A stretch of DNA of 64,000 nucleotides from Solirubrobacteraceae bacterium (GTDB lineage Bacteria; Actinomycetota; Thermoleophilia; Solirubrobacterales; Solirubrobacteraceae): NCBI GenBank assembly GCA_036267215.1, contig DATAWL010000057.1, positions 12,102 through 76,101 of the forward strand, given 5' to 3'. The translations under genes and the position numbers were made by a program. Numbering within the stretch: the first letter of the stretch is position 1; the number at the start of each line of letters is the position of its first letter. Positions 48,712-58,190 of this stretch are shown one piece after another. A model generated the notes under the pieces. That model did not search any database. It was not told where the DNA came from and was given only the letters and a program-made list of their open reading frames with translations.

Positions 48712-50193
48712 ATGGCAGTCAGCGATCAGAACCCGACCACGCTCGACGTCTCGAGCCTGCTGAGCGACGCGACCCAGCTGATCGGCGGCGAGTGGGTCCC
48801 GGCCCGCGGGGGCGAGACGATCACGGTGATCAACCCCGCCACCGGCGAGACCCTGGCTCGCGTGCCCCGCTCCGGCGCCGACGACATCGCCGACGCGGTC
48901 GCCGCGGCCGAGATCGCCTTCCCGGCGTGGCGCGACACCAATCCCTCGGTGCGCGGACAGCTCCTGCTGGCCTGGGCGCAGCTGTGCCGCGAGCACGCCG
49001 ACGAGCTGGACCTGCTCGAGCGCATGGAGGTCGGCCGCCCCAGCTGGGGGTCCCCGCCGATGCCGAACATCATCGGCTTCACCGCCGGGATGGCGGACAA
49101 GGTCACCGGCCAGACGCTGCCCAGCGCGTTCCCCGACGTCATCGGCATGACCCTGCGCGAGCCCTACGGGGTGTGCGGCGCCATCATCCCGTGGAACGCG
49201 CCCGGCCCGCTGACCGCGCAGGACGTGGCGCCCGCCGTCGCCATGGGCAACACGATCGTCCTCAAGCCGGCCGAGGACGCCCCGCTGACGCCGCTGCTGA
49301 TGGCCAGGCTGGCGATGGAGGCCGGGATCCCGCCCGGCGTCGTTAACGTCGTCACCGGCTTCGGCGGTGAGGCCGGCGATGCGCTCACCCGCCACCCGGG
49401 CATCCGCCGGATGAGCTTCACCGGCTCCCCGGAGACCGGGAGCCGCGTCATGGAGGCGTGCGCCCAGCACCTCATCCCGGTGCACCTGGAGCTGGGTGGC
49501 AAGTCGCCCCAGGTGGTACTCCGCGACGCGCCGCTGGAGAAGGCGATCCCGACGATCGTGCGCAGCATCACGCTCAACACCGGGCAGATCTGTGCTGCCG
49601 GCTCCCGGGTCGTCGTCGACGAGAAGATCCGCGACCGAGTCGTCGAGGGACTCGCGGACGGCTTCGCCAAGGTTCGCGTCGGTCCCTGGTACGAGCAGGT
49701 CGACATGGGCCCGCTGATCAGCGCCAAGCAGGAGCAGCGCGTCCTGAGCTATCTGCAGTCCGGACGTGATGAGGGCGCGCGGGTCGTCGTCGGCGGCGAC
49801 AAGCTCAGCGGCGAGCGGTTCGACGGCGGCTTCTTCGTGGCGCCGACGATCTTCGACGGGGTCCAGCCGGAGATGCGCATCGCCCAGGAGGAGATCTTCG
49901 GGCCCGTGCTGTCGGTGCTCACCGCACACGACGAGGAGCAGGCGCTGTCGATCGCCAACGGCACCCGCTACGGGCTGGTGTCGTCCGTGTGGACCAGCGA
50001 CGTCGGCAAGGCGGTGCGGCTGGCCCGCCGGATCGAGTCCGGTCAGGTATCGATCAACACGCTGTGGTCGGGCGGCGTGATCGGGGCGCCGTTTGGCGGT
50101 TACAAGTCCAGCGGCTTCGGCCGCACGGTGTCGGCCGAATCGATCCTCGACTACACCCAGGTCAAGAGCGTGATCATCGACGGGCGCGTGTAG
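48712..50193 (+). CDS. Aldehyde dehydrogenase
   Basis: IPWN, FTGS, LELGGKS, GQIC, EEIFGP. Confidence 0.95.
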   Translation: MAVSDQNPTTLDVSSLLSDATQLIGGEWVPARGGETITVINPATGETLARVPRSGADDIADAVAAAEIAFPAWRDTNPSVRGQLLLAWAQLCREHADELDLLERMEVGRPSWGSPPMPNIIGFTAGMADKVTGQTLPSAFPDVIGMTLREPYGVCGAIIPWNAPGPLTAQDVAPAVAMGNTIVLKPAEDAPLTPLLMARLAMEAGIPPGVVNVVTGFGGEAGDALTRHPGIRRMSFTGSPETGSRVMEACAQHLIPVHLELGGKSPQVVLRDAPLEKAIPTIVRSITLNTGQICAAGSRVVVDEKIRDRVVEGLADGFAKVRVGPWYEQVDMGPLISAKQEQRVLSYLQSGRDEGARVVVGGDKLSGERFDGGFFVAPTIFDGVQPEMRIAQEEIFGPVLSVLTAHDEEQALSIANGTRYGLVSSVWTSDVGKAVRLARRIESGQVSINTLWSGGVIGAPFGGYKSSGFGRTVSAESILDYTQVKSVIIDGRV

Positions 50194-50234
50194 ATGGTCG
50201 TCAATCGCCGCGGCAGCGACGGAGGGAGCCACTA

Positions 50235-51155
50235 GTGGAGGTCTCGCTCTCGGGCAGGGTGGCGCTGGTGACCGGCGCGGGCCCCAACATCGGTTCCGGG
50301 ATCGCGCTGGCCCTGGCGCGCTACGGCGCCCGGGTCGCCTGCAACGACCTCTCGCCGGACGCCGCCGCCGCATCGGTGGCGCGGATCGAGCGCCACGGCG
50401 GCGACGCGATGGCGATCCCGGGCGACGTCAGCTCCGAGGCCGACGTGACCGGCTACGTGGGCGAGGTGCTCGATCGCTGGGGCCGGATCGACATCCTGAT
50501 CAACAACGCCGCCATCCTCGGCGGTCGCGGCGTGCTGGAGGAGAGCCTGGAGTTCTTCAACCGCGCCGTCGAGGTCGCCGGGGCCGGCACGTTCCTCAAC
50601 ACCAAGCACGCCGCCATCGCGATGATCGAGCGCGACATCCGCGGCAGCGTCGTCAACGTCCTGTCCTCCAACGCGTGGCAGGGCGCGCCCGGGGTGATCG
50701 CCTACGCCTTCCACAAGGGCGGGCTGGCCAACTTCACCCGGGCCGCCGCCATGGACCTGGCGCCCTACGGCATCCGCGTCAACTCCTACTCCCCGACGGC
50801 GCCCCGCCCCGACAACCCGGAGCTGCTGGCCGCGTTGCCGGGACCCGGTCCCGCCCGCCTGGGTCCACGGGCCGGGGCGGGATCCGGATCGAGCGACCGG
50901 CCGAGCTGGTGGAAGGACATCGGCCGCATCGACGTGCGCTCCAACATGCCGATGGCGCCGTCGACGCCGACGGACATCGGCCATTGCGTGGCCTGGCTGT
51001 GCTCGGACTACGCCCGGCTGATCACCGGGTGTGACTTCGTCATCGACGGCGGCGCCCGGGCCAAGTACTGGGGGTATCTCCCGCCCGAGGAGAAGGCCGA
51101 GCCGGCGCCGCTCATTCCCCTGTACGACGACGAGACGATGCCGGGAGGGTTCTGA
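50235..51155 (+). CDS. SDR oxidoreductase (atypical, long substrate loop)
   Basis: TGAGPNIG, NNAA, YAFHK, IDGG. Confidence 0.85.
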   Translation: MEVSLSGRVALVTGAGPNIGSGIALALARYGARVACNDLSPDAAAASVARIERHGGDAMAIPGDVSSEADVTGYVGEVLDRWGRIDILINNAAILGGRGVLEESLEFFNRAVEVAGAGTFLNTKHAAIAMIERDIRGSVVNVLSSNAWQGAPGVIAYAFHKGGLANFTRAAAMDLAPYGIRVNSYSPTAPRPDNPELLAALPGPGPARLGPRAGAGSGSSDRPSWWKDIGRIDVRSNMPMAPSTPTDIGHCVAWLCSDYARLITGCDFVIDGGARAKYWGYLPPEEKAEPAPLIPLYDDETMPGGF

Positions 51156-51157
51156 GC

Positions 51158-52330
51158 ATGCCGGGTGAGATGGCGCGCGCCGCGGTCCAGACCGGCCCGC
51201 TGGCCTACGAGCTGCGGGAGTTCCCGCGCCCCCGGATCGGCGACGACGACGGCCTGCTGAGGATCGAGGCCTGCGGGGTGTGCGGCTCCGACGTCGAGCA
51301 GTACCGCGGCCACCTCGTCCGGCCGGGGATGTTCCCGCTGATCCCGGGCCACGAGCCGCTGGGGATCGTCGAGGAGATCGGCGACCGCGCGGCGGAACGC
51401 TGGGACGTGCAGCCCGGCGACCGCGTGGCGGTCGAGATCCTGCGCCCCTGCCGCGCCTGCGACTACTGCCTGACCGGCCGCTACATGTCCTGCCCGAACC
51501 GCGACGGCGCCTACGGGATGACCCCGCTGTCGCGCGCGCCGGGCCTGTGGGGCGGGTTCGCCGAGTACCTGTACCTGCACCCATGGGCGATCCTGCACAA
51601 GGTGCGCAGGGACCTACCGGCGTCGCTGGCCGTGATGTTCAACCCGCTGGGCGCCGGTGTGCGCTGGGCGGCGTACCTCGGCGAGGTCGGACTGGGCGAG
51701 ACCGTGCTCATCCTCGGACCGGGGCAGCGGGGCCTGGCGTCGGTGATCGCCGCCCGGGCCCGCGGCGCGGGGACGATCATCGTCACCGGCCTGGCCAAGG
51801 ACGCCGGCAAGCTGGCGCTGGCCCGCGAGCTGGGCGCCGACCACACGATCAACGTCGACGAGGAGAACGTCGTGCAGCGGGTGACCGAGATCACCGACGG
51901 CGCGATGGCCGACGTCGTCCTCGAGCTGACCCCGATGGCGGCCCAGCCGATCACCGACGCGATCGAGGCCGTTCGCCACAGCGGGCGGATCGTCCTGGCC
52001 GGCCTGAAGGGCAACACGCCCATCGAGCTCGTCACCGACCGTCTGATCAACAAGGGGCTGACCGTCCGCGGGGCGTTCGGCGTCGACGCCGAGGCCTACA
52101 TCGAGGCCATCCGCATCATCGAGTCCGGCCGCTTCCCGCTGGAGAGGATGTCGTCGGGGACGTTCGAGCTGGCCGACACCGAGGCGGCGATCCAATCGCT
52201 CGGCGACGGCGACGCGGTCCACGTCTGTGTCTGCCCCGGCGGGGCCCCGGCCACCGTCACCGCCGCCGCCGGTGCGGGCGTGGGTGCGGCGGGTGCGACC
52301 TCCCATGAAAGGAGTCCTGATGTTGGTTGA
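51158..52330 (+). CDS. Zn-dependent MDR alcohol dehydrogenase
   Basis: CGVCGSD, GHE, CRACDYC...C, GPGQRG. Confidence 0.9.
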   Translation: MPGEMARAAVQTGPLAYELREFPRPRIGDDDGLLRIEACGVCGSDVEQYRGHLVRPGMFPLIPGHEPLGIVEEIGDRAAERWDVQPGDRVAVEILRPCRACDYCLTGRYMSCPNRDGAYGMTPLSRAPGLWGGFAEYLYLHPWAILHKVRRDLPASLAVMFNPLGAGVRWAAYLGEVGLGETVLILGPGQRGLASVIAARARGAGTIIVTGLAKDAGKLALARELGADHTINVDEENVVQRVTEITDGAMADVVLELTPMAAQPITDAIEAVRHSGRIVLAGLKGNTPIELVTDRLINKGLTVRGAFGVDAEAYIEAIRIIESGRFPLERMSSGTFELADTEAAIQSLGDGDAVHVCVCPGGAPATVTAAAGAGVGAAGATSHERSPDVG

Positions 52331-53369
52331 CATGCACGCCCACGTGATCCCCGGCGCCCTGGACGCGGCCGGCACGCAGGAGGGCCACCTCGGCCCCCGG
52401 GTGGGGCCGTGCGACGACCCCCACGCCCGGCTGCTGGAGACCGACCGGATGCAGTTCACCGCCCGGGACGCGTTCTACCGCGCCGAGCGCCGCCTGGAGG
52501 AGCTGGAGCGCAGCGGCGTCGACGCCGAGGTCGTCTCGCCGATGCCCCCGCTGCTGGACTTCAGCCTGCCCGGGCAGGCGGGGCTGACGCTGTCGCGCCG
52601 GGTCAACGAGTTCATCGCCGAGCTGACCCGGACCGACCCCAACCGGCTGCTGGGCATGGGGATGCTGCCGATGCAGGCCCCGGAGCTGGCCGTCGCCGAG
52701 CTGGCCGCGGTCCGCGAGCAGGGCCTGGTGGCGGTCGAGATCACCTCCAACGTCCTGGGCCGATCGCTGCACGAGCCCGAGTTCGCCGAGTTCTGGGCCG
52801 AGGCCGAGCGCCAGCGGATGCCGGTGTTCGTGCATGGGATGCCGGGCGACCTCGGCGGCCGGGTGCCGGGCGGGCTCGTCGCCGTCGCCGGGTTCGCCGT
52901 CGGGGCCGACTGCGCGCTGGCGGCGACCTCGATCGTCGCCGGCGGCGTGGCGGAGAGGCATCCACAGCTGCGACTGGCCTTCAGCCACGGTGCCGGCGGG
53001 TTCCCGGCCATGCTCCCCCGGGCCAACTACTTCTGGGGCAAGACCTGGAACGAGGAGCCGTCGGAGGAGGGCGAGGGGATCTCCCCCGCCGAGCTGGCCA
53101 AGCGCTTCTACTACGACGGCCTGGTCATGGACCATCGGACGCTGCGCCACCTGATCGACCTGATGGGCCACACCCAGATCCTCGTCGGCTCGGACTTCCC
53201 GGCGATGCCGCGGGAGGATCCGTGTGCACGCACGCTGCGCACCCTGGACCTGGCCCCGGACGTGCTGGAGGACATCACCTGGCACAACGCCTTCCGGTGG
53301 CTGGGAGTGAACGCCCCTCAGCCGGTCGGCGAGGGCGCCGCAACCGCGAGTGAAGGAGTGACACGGTGA
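52320..53369 (+). CDS. Amidohydrolase-2 family protein (ACMSD/decarboxylase-hydratase-like)
   Basis: DMHAH, VFVHG, SHGAG, GSDFP; AAGGAG RBS. Confidence 0.88.
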   Translation: MLVDMHAHVIPGALDAAGTQEGHLGPRVGPCDDPHARLLETDRMQFTARDAFYRAERRLEELERSGVDAEVVSPMPPLLDFSLPGQAGLTLSRRVNEFIAELTRTDPNRLLGMGMLPMQAPELAVAELAAVREQGLVAVEITSNVLGRSLHEPEFAEFWAEAERQRMPVFVHGMPGDLGGRVPGGLVAVAGFAVGADCALAATSIVAGGVAERHPQLRLAFSHGAGGFPAMLPRANYFWGKTWNEEPSEEGEGISPAELAKRFYYDGLVMDHRTLRHLIDLMGHTQILVGSDFPAMPREDPCARTLRTLDLAPDVLEDITWHNAFRWLGVNAPQPVGEGAATASEGVTR

Positions 53370-54472
53370 AGACACGCGCAGCGGTCGTTCGCGGCCCCGG
53401 CCAGCACTGGGAGCTGACCGAGCTCGAGCTCGACGAGCCCAAGGAGCACGAGGTGCTGGTGCGGGTGATGGCCTGCGGGCTGTGCCACTCCGACGAGCAC
53501 GTCCGGGAGGGCGGCCCGTACCGGTACCCGATGGTCGGCGGCCACGAGGGCGCCGGCGTGGTCGAGAAGGTCGGGGCCAACGTCACCCGCGTCCGCGAGG
53601 GCGAGCACATCTGCACCTCGTGGATCCCGGTGTGCGGTCACTGCCGCTACTGCTCCACCGGTCACCAGAACATGTGCAACGACGGGCTGAACGCCGCGAC
53701 CGGCATGATGCCCGACGGCACGTTCCGCTTTCACGAGAACGGCACCGACATCGGCGGGATGTGCGTGCTGGGCACGTTCTCGCAGTGGATCGTCATCCCC
53801 GAGAACTCGTGCGTGCCGATCGATGAGGACCTGCCGTTCGAGTTGGCCGCGCTGGTCGCGTGCGGCGTGACCACCGGCTGGGGCTCCTCGGTGTACGCCG
53901 CCGGGACCCGCGCGGGCGAGACCGTCGTCATCTACGGGACCGGCGGCGTGGGCATGAACGCCGTCCAGGGAGCCGCCTACGCCGGCGCCAAGCACGTGAT
54001 CGCGGTCGACCCCAACCCATTCAAGCGCGAGATGGCGGGCAAGTTCGGCGCCACGTTCACCACCGGTGACCCCGAGGAGGCCGCGGAGTATGTCCGCGAC
54101 GTCACCCGCGGCGAGATGGCCGATCACGCCGTGATCACCATCGGGGTGATGCACGCCGATGTGCTGCGCAACGCGGTGAACACCATTGGCAAGGGCGGCA
54201 GCGTGGTGGTGACCGCGGTCGGCGGCGAGGGCGACACCATCGCCATTCACGGGTCACCGGTCACCGGATGGCACAAAAACATCCAGGGCTCGTTGTTCGG
54301 CGGCGCCAACCCGCTCTACGACATGCCGCGGCTGCTCGGGCTCTACAAGGCGGGACAGCTCAAGCTGGAGGAGCTGATCACCAACCGCTACACGCTGGAG
54401 ACGATCAACCAGGGTTATGCGGACATGCTCGAGGGACGCAACATCCGCGGCGTCCTCATCCACGACCACTAA
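53366..54472 (+). CDS. NDMA-dependent (nicotinoprotein-type) Zn alcohol dehydrogenase, paralog 1
   Basis: GLCHSDEH, GGHEGAG, CGHCRYCSTGHQNMC, CGVTTGWGS, GRNIRG. Confidence 0.88.
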   Translation: MKTRAAVVRGPGQHWELTELELDEPKEHEVLVRVMACGLCHSDEHVREGGPYRYPMVGGHEGAGVVEKVGANVTRVREGEHICTSWIPVCGHCRYCSTGHQNMCNDGLNAATGMMPDGTFRFHENGTDIGGMCVLGTFSQWIVIPENSCVPIDEDLPFELAALVACGVTTGWGSSVYAAGTRAGETVVIYGTGGVGMNAVQGAAYAGAKHVIAVDPNPFKREMAGKFGATFTTGDPEEAAEYVRDVTRGEMADHAVITIGVMHADVLRNAVNTIGKGGSVVVTAVGGEGDTIAIHGSPVTGWHKNIQGSLFGGANPLYDMPRLLGLYKAGQLKLEELITNRYTLETINQGYADMLEGRNIRGVLIHDH

Positions 54473-54509
54473 CCTCAAAGGGCACTGACGAAAGGTAAGG
54501 AGGACTGAG

Positions 54510-55061
54510 ATGAGCGCGATCATGGATCCCACCGGTCAGAGCAGCAGGCAGGTCGCGGACGGCCTGGCCCTGGCGGAGCGGCGCCCCGGCCTCTCCGGAG
54601 CGACCGTCGGCCTGCTGGAGAACGGCAAGCAGAACGCGCGCCTGTTCCTCGAGGAGGTGGCCGGCGTCCTGCGCGAGCGCTACGGCGTCGGCGACGTCAC
54701 CCTGCGCCGCAAGGAGATCTTCTCCGCGCCGGCCCCACCGGAGCTGGTGGATCAGATGAGCGCCGAGTCCGATGTGGTGGTCATCGGCGTCGGCGATTGC
54801 GGCTCCTGCAGCGCCGCGGCGATCGCCGACGGCGTGCTGTTCGAGCGGCACGGCACCCCGGCGGCGGTGATCTGCTCCGATGCGTTCAAGGCCACCGCCG
54901 ACGCGATGGCGCAGGTGCAGGACGCCCCGGGCTACCACTACATCACCACCGCCCACCCGGTGGCCGGGCTCTCGCCCGAGCAGGTGCGCGGGCGCGCCGA
55001 GCAGGTGGCCGCCGAGGTGGCCGGCGTCCTGGCCGCGGCGGCCTCGCGGCAAGCCGCCTGA
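54510..55061 (+). CDS. UGSC-family thiol protein, Cys form (CGSC)
   Basis: GLLENGKQNA, APAP, GVGDCGSCS, ERHGTPAAVIC, HPVAGL; strong AAGGAGG RBS. Confidence 0.7.
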   Translation: MSAIMDPTGQSSRQVADGLALAERRPGLSGATVGLLENGKQNARLFLEEVAGVLRERYGVGDVTLRRKEIFSAPAPPELVDQMSAESDVVVIGVGDCGSCSAAAIADGVLFERHGTPAAVICSDAFKATADAMAQVQDAPGYHYITTAHPVAGLSPEQVRGRAEQVAAEVAGVLAAAASRQAA

Positions 55062-56182
55062 TGGCCGCCGAGTCCGACGCCGCCCGGGAGGCGGAGCCCG
55101 ACCCGGACCTCGCCCGCGAGGCGATCGAGTACTGCTACGACCACGACTGGACTGACGGGCTCCCCGTCGTCCCCGCGTCCCGCGAGATCGTCGACCGGTT
55201 CCTGGCCGCCACCGACCGCTCGGCCGACCAGGTGCTGTGGCGCATGGATCACCTGGGCCGGGAGTGCACGGTCCAGACGGCGGCGATCAACGCCGCCATG
55301 GCCGGCTGCCGCCCGGAGTACTTCCCGATCGTGCTGGCCGCCTGGGACGCCGTCATGCGCGATCGGGCGGCCAAGGGCGGCGGCTGGCAGAGCACGAGCG
55401 GACCCGCCCCGCTGATCGTGATCAACGGCCCGATCCGCAACGAGCTGGCGATCAACTGCACCGGCGGGATCTTCGCCGGCGGGTTCCGTCCCAACGCGAC
55501 GATCCCCCGCGCGCTCGGGCTGATGCTGCGCAACGCGTTCGGGGTCGTCCCCCACGTGTTCGATCAGACGACCCAGGGGATCCCGGGGCGCTGGGCGATC
55601 TGCTTCGGCGAGAACGAGGAGGAGAGCCCGTGGGAGCCGCTGGCGACCGAGATGGGGCTCGAGCCCGACACCGACGGGGTGTCGGTCACGCTGACGCGGA
55701 CCTACGAGTTCGTCGACAACCGCCACACCCAGGATCCCGAGCAGGTGCTGTGGGACTTCGCCGACACCATCTCGCGCACCGGGGTGATGATCTTCCGGTC
55801 GCAGTCGGCCGGCATCGTGTTCTGCCCCGAGCACGCCCAGATGCTGGCCGCCGGCGGCTATTCCAAGCAGGACGTCAAGGACTGGCTGATCGAGCACGTC
55901 GGCCGGCCCGAGTCCGCCCTGCGCCGGGCCGGGAAGGACGGGGTCGCCCAGGGCGGCGCCGGGGTGCGCTCGGCCAGCGAGGCCGAGCGGGTCCCGGCCG
56001 ACGAGTTCAGCCGCTTTCTGCCCGGGCGCGAGTCGGTTCCGATCATCGTCGCCGGCGCCCGTAACGCCGGCATCTCGATGGTCTTCCGGGTGTTCGGCGA
56101 GTGGTCGAACACCAGCGTCGCGATCGAGCGCCGGCCGTCGCCGGTGGCGGCGGTCGGGGCCGGCCAGGGAGGCGAAGGCTGA
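55061..56182 (+). CDS. Uncharacterised partner of UGSC-family proteins (WTDGLP family)
   Basis: WTDGLPVVP, AINAAMAGCRPEYFP, STSG, INGP, RPNATIPRA, ENEEESPWEP, IIVAG; TGATG coupling. Confidence 0.7.
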   Translation: MAAESDAAREAEPDPDLAREAIEYCYDHDWTDGLPVVPASREIVDRFLAATDRSADQVLWRMDHLGRECTVQTAAINAAMAGCRPEYFPIVLAAWDAVMRDRAAKGGGWQSTSGPAPLIVINGPIRNELAINCTGGIFAGGFRPNATIPRALGLMLRNAFGVVPHVFDQTTQGIPGRWAICFGENEEESPWEPLATEMGLEPDTDGVSVTLTRTYEFVDNRHTQDPEQVLWDFADTISRTGVMIFRSQSAGIVFCPEHAQMLAAGGYSKQDVKDWLIEHVGRPESALRRAGKDGVAQGGAGVRSASEAERVPADEFSRFLPGRESVPIIVAGARNAGISMVFRVFGEWSNTSVAIERRPSPVAAVGAGQGGEG

Positions 56183-56406
56183 TGTTCAGCCGCGAGGGCC
56201 TGGAGAGCATGCGGGCCGCGCTGGCCGCCGACGGCTACGCCCTGGATGCCAGCGAGAACGGCGGGCACGTCGTGGTGACGATCGCCGCCACCCCCGAGGC
56301 CTGCGAGGACTGCCTGGCGCCGCCCGACGTGATGCGGGCGATCCTGGGCAAGAGCCTGGCCGTGCCCGCCGCGGCGATCGAGCTGCACTACCCCGAGGCC
56401 TCGTGA
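56182..56406 (+). CDS. Small CxxC protein, NifU C-terminal-like (74 aa)
   Basis: MRAALAADGY...ACEDCLAP; GGAGG RBS; coupled to both neighbours. Confidence 0.65.
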   Translation: MFSREGLESMRAALAADGYALDASENGGHVVVTIAATPEACEDCLAPPDVMRAILGKSLAVPAAAIELHYPEAS

Positions 56407-57275
56407 ACGGCGACGGCGTGGCGGCGCGCCCGTTCGACATCGACGGACCGCCGGCGGCCGAGTGGATGGCGGGGCGCAGGGTGCTGGTGACGGGCGGCGG
56501 CGGCCGGACCGGCGGTCCCGGCACGATCGGCTGGGCGGTCTCGCGGCTGCTGGCCCGCCATGGCGCCCGGGTGGCCGTGGTCGACACCGACCCGGCGGCG
56601 GCCGAGCGGACCGTGTCGCAGATCGAAGCGTCGGGCGGGGTTGCGGCGCCGGTCATCGCCGACGTCACCGTCGACGATGACTGTGGGCGGTCGGTCGCCG
56701 AGGCCCGCGACGCGCTCGGCGGCCTCGACGGGCTGGTCAACAACGTGGCCATGTGGAGCGCGGCGGAGCTGTTCGAGGTCGAGCCCGACCGGTTTGACCA
56801 GCTGATGGACATGAACCTTCGGACCGCGTGGCTGATGACCCGCCACGCGATCGAGGTCCTGCCCGCGGGCGGGGCGATCGTCAACATCACCTCGGTGGCG
56901 GCGCGGCGGGCCGGCACCGTCTACGGGCTGGGCAAGGCCGCGCTGGAGGCGATGACCGGCGGCGCCGCCCACCTCCTGGGCGAGCGCGGCCTGCGGATCA
57001 ACGCGGTCGAGCTCGGTGCGCTATGGACCGGCGCGGTGGCCGACAACCTGCCGCCCGAGGCGCGGGAGCCGCGGCGGCGAATGGTCGCGCTGCAGACCGA
57101 GGGCGACTGCTGGGACGCGGCGATGGCCGTGCTGTTCCTGGCCTCGGACCGCGCGCGGTGGATCTCCGGCCAGGTGCTGGCCGTCGATGGCGGCGGCCCT
57201 CCGCGGGCGCCGTACCCCGGCGTGTCGCGGCCGGGCTCGGGTGCGGTCGCCGGGACCACGGGGGCCGGGTCGTGA
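56403..57275 (+). CDS. SDR oxidoreductase
   Basis: TGGGGRTGGPGTIG, VNNV, YGLGK, AVDGG. Confidence 0.88.
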   Translation: MNGDGVAARPFDIDGPPAAEWMAGRRVLVTGGGGRTGGPGTIGWAVSRLLARHGARVAVVDTDPAAAERTVSQIEASGGVAAPVIADVTVDDDCGRSVAEARDALGGLDGLVNNVAMWSAAELFEVEPDRFDQLMDMNLRTAWLMTRHAIEVLPAGGAIVNITSVAARRAGTVYGLGKAALEAMTGGAAHLLGERGLRINAVELGALWTGAVADNLPPEAREPRRRMVALQTEGDCWDAAMAVLFLASDRARWISGQVLAVDGGGPPRAPYPGVSRPGSGAVAGTTGAGS

Positions 57276-58129
57276 ACGGCCGGGTGGCGCTCGTCACCGG
57301 CTGCGGCAAGCCCGACGGCGCCGGGCAGGCCGTCGCGCGCGCGCTGGCGGCCGCCGGCGCGGCGGTCGTGGTCTGCGACCGCCGGCCGGCCGGGGTGCTC
57401 AACCGCCGCCAGGAGGTGGTCGGCGCCGAGCAGCCGGCCTCATGGAGCGGGCTGGAAACGCTGGTGGCCGAGATCGAGGCGGCCGGCGGCACCGCCACCG
57501 CCGCCCTGGGTGACATCGGGTCAGCACAGGACGTCGAGGCGATGGTCGGCGTCGCGCTGGAGCGTCACGACCGGCTGGACATCCTCGTCAACAACGCGGC
57601 CGCGCCCCAGGGCCCCGACCGGGAGGTGATCGACGAGATCCCGGTCGACGTCTTCGACGAGGTGATCCGGATCAACCTGCGCGGCACGTTCCTGATGTGC
57701 CGGGCGGCGGTGCCGTCGATGCGCCGCGAGCGATGGGGGCGGATCGTCAACGTCTCCTCGATGGCCGGCGTGATCGCCGCCGCGCGCTCGACGCCGTACT
57801 CGGCGTCCAAGGCCGGCGTGCTCGGGCTGACCCGCTCGCTGGCCCTCGACGTCGCCGCGTTCGGGATCACCGTCAACGCGATCGCCCCGGGCGCGCTGGG
57901 GACCAGCCGCTCAGTGCTCAGCCTCGACGCCGACCTCGACGTCGCCGCCGAGCTGCAGCAGCGCGGCCGCCGGCTCCCGGTGGGCCGGGTGGGCACGCCC
58001 GAGGACGTCGCCGCGGCGGTCATGTACCTGGCGAGCGACGGGGCGTCCTACATGACCGGCCAGATGCTCGTGCTCGACGGGGGCGGACCGGCCCCGTTCC
58101 CGATTCCCCGACCCGAGGAGGACGCATGA
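57272..58129 (+). CDS. SDR oxidoreductase with insertion after beta-2
   Basis: TGCGKPDGAG, NNAA, YSASK; GTGA overlap. Confidence 0.88.
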   Translation: MNGRVALVTGCGKPDGAGQAVARALAAAGAAVVVCDRRPAGVLNRRQEVVGAEQPASWSGLETLVAEIEAAGGTATAALGDIGSAQDVEAMVGVALERHDRLDILVNNAAAPQGPDREVIDEIPVDVFDEVIRINLRGTFLMCRAAVPSMRRERWGRIVNVSSMAGVIAAARSTPYSASKAGVLGLTRSLALDVAAFGITVNAIAPGALGTSRSVLSLDADLDVAAELQQRGRRLPVGRVGTPEDVAAAVMYLASDGASYMTGQMLVLDGGGPAPFPIPRPEEDA

Positions 58130-58190
58130 TCCCCGCCCCGCTAGGAGACCGAGGACGCGTGACCCTCGCCCCGCCCCAGGTGGCCCGCCC

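Noticed and set aside
54795-54812. Selenocysteine recoding in the UGSC-family gene
   Set aside because: The codon is TGC (Cys) and the frame is uninterrupted.
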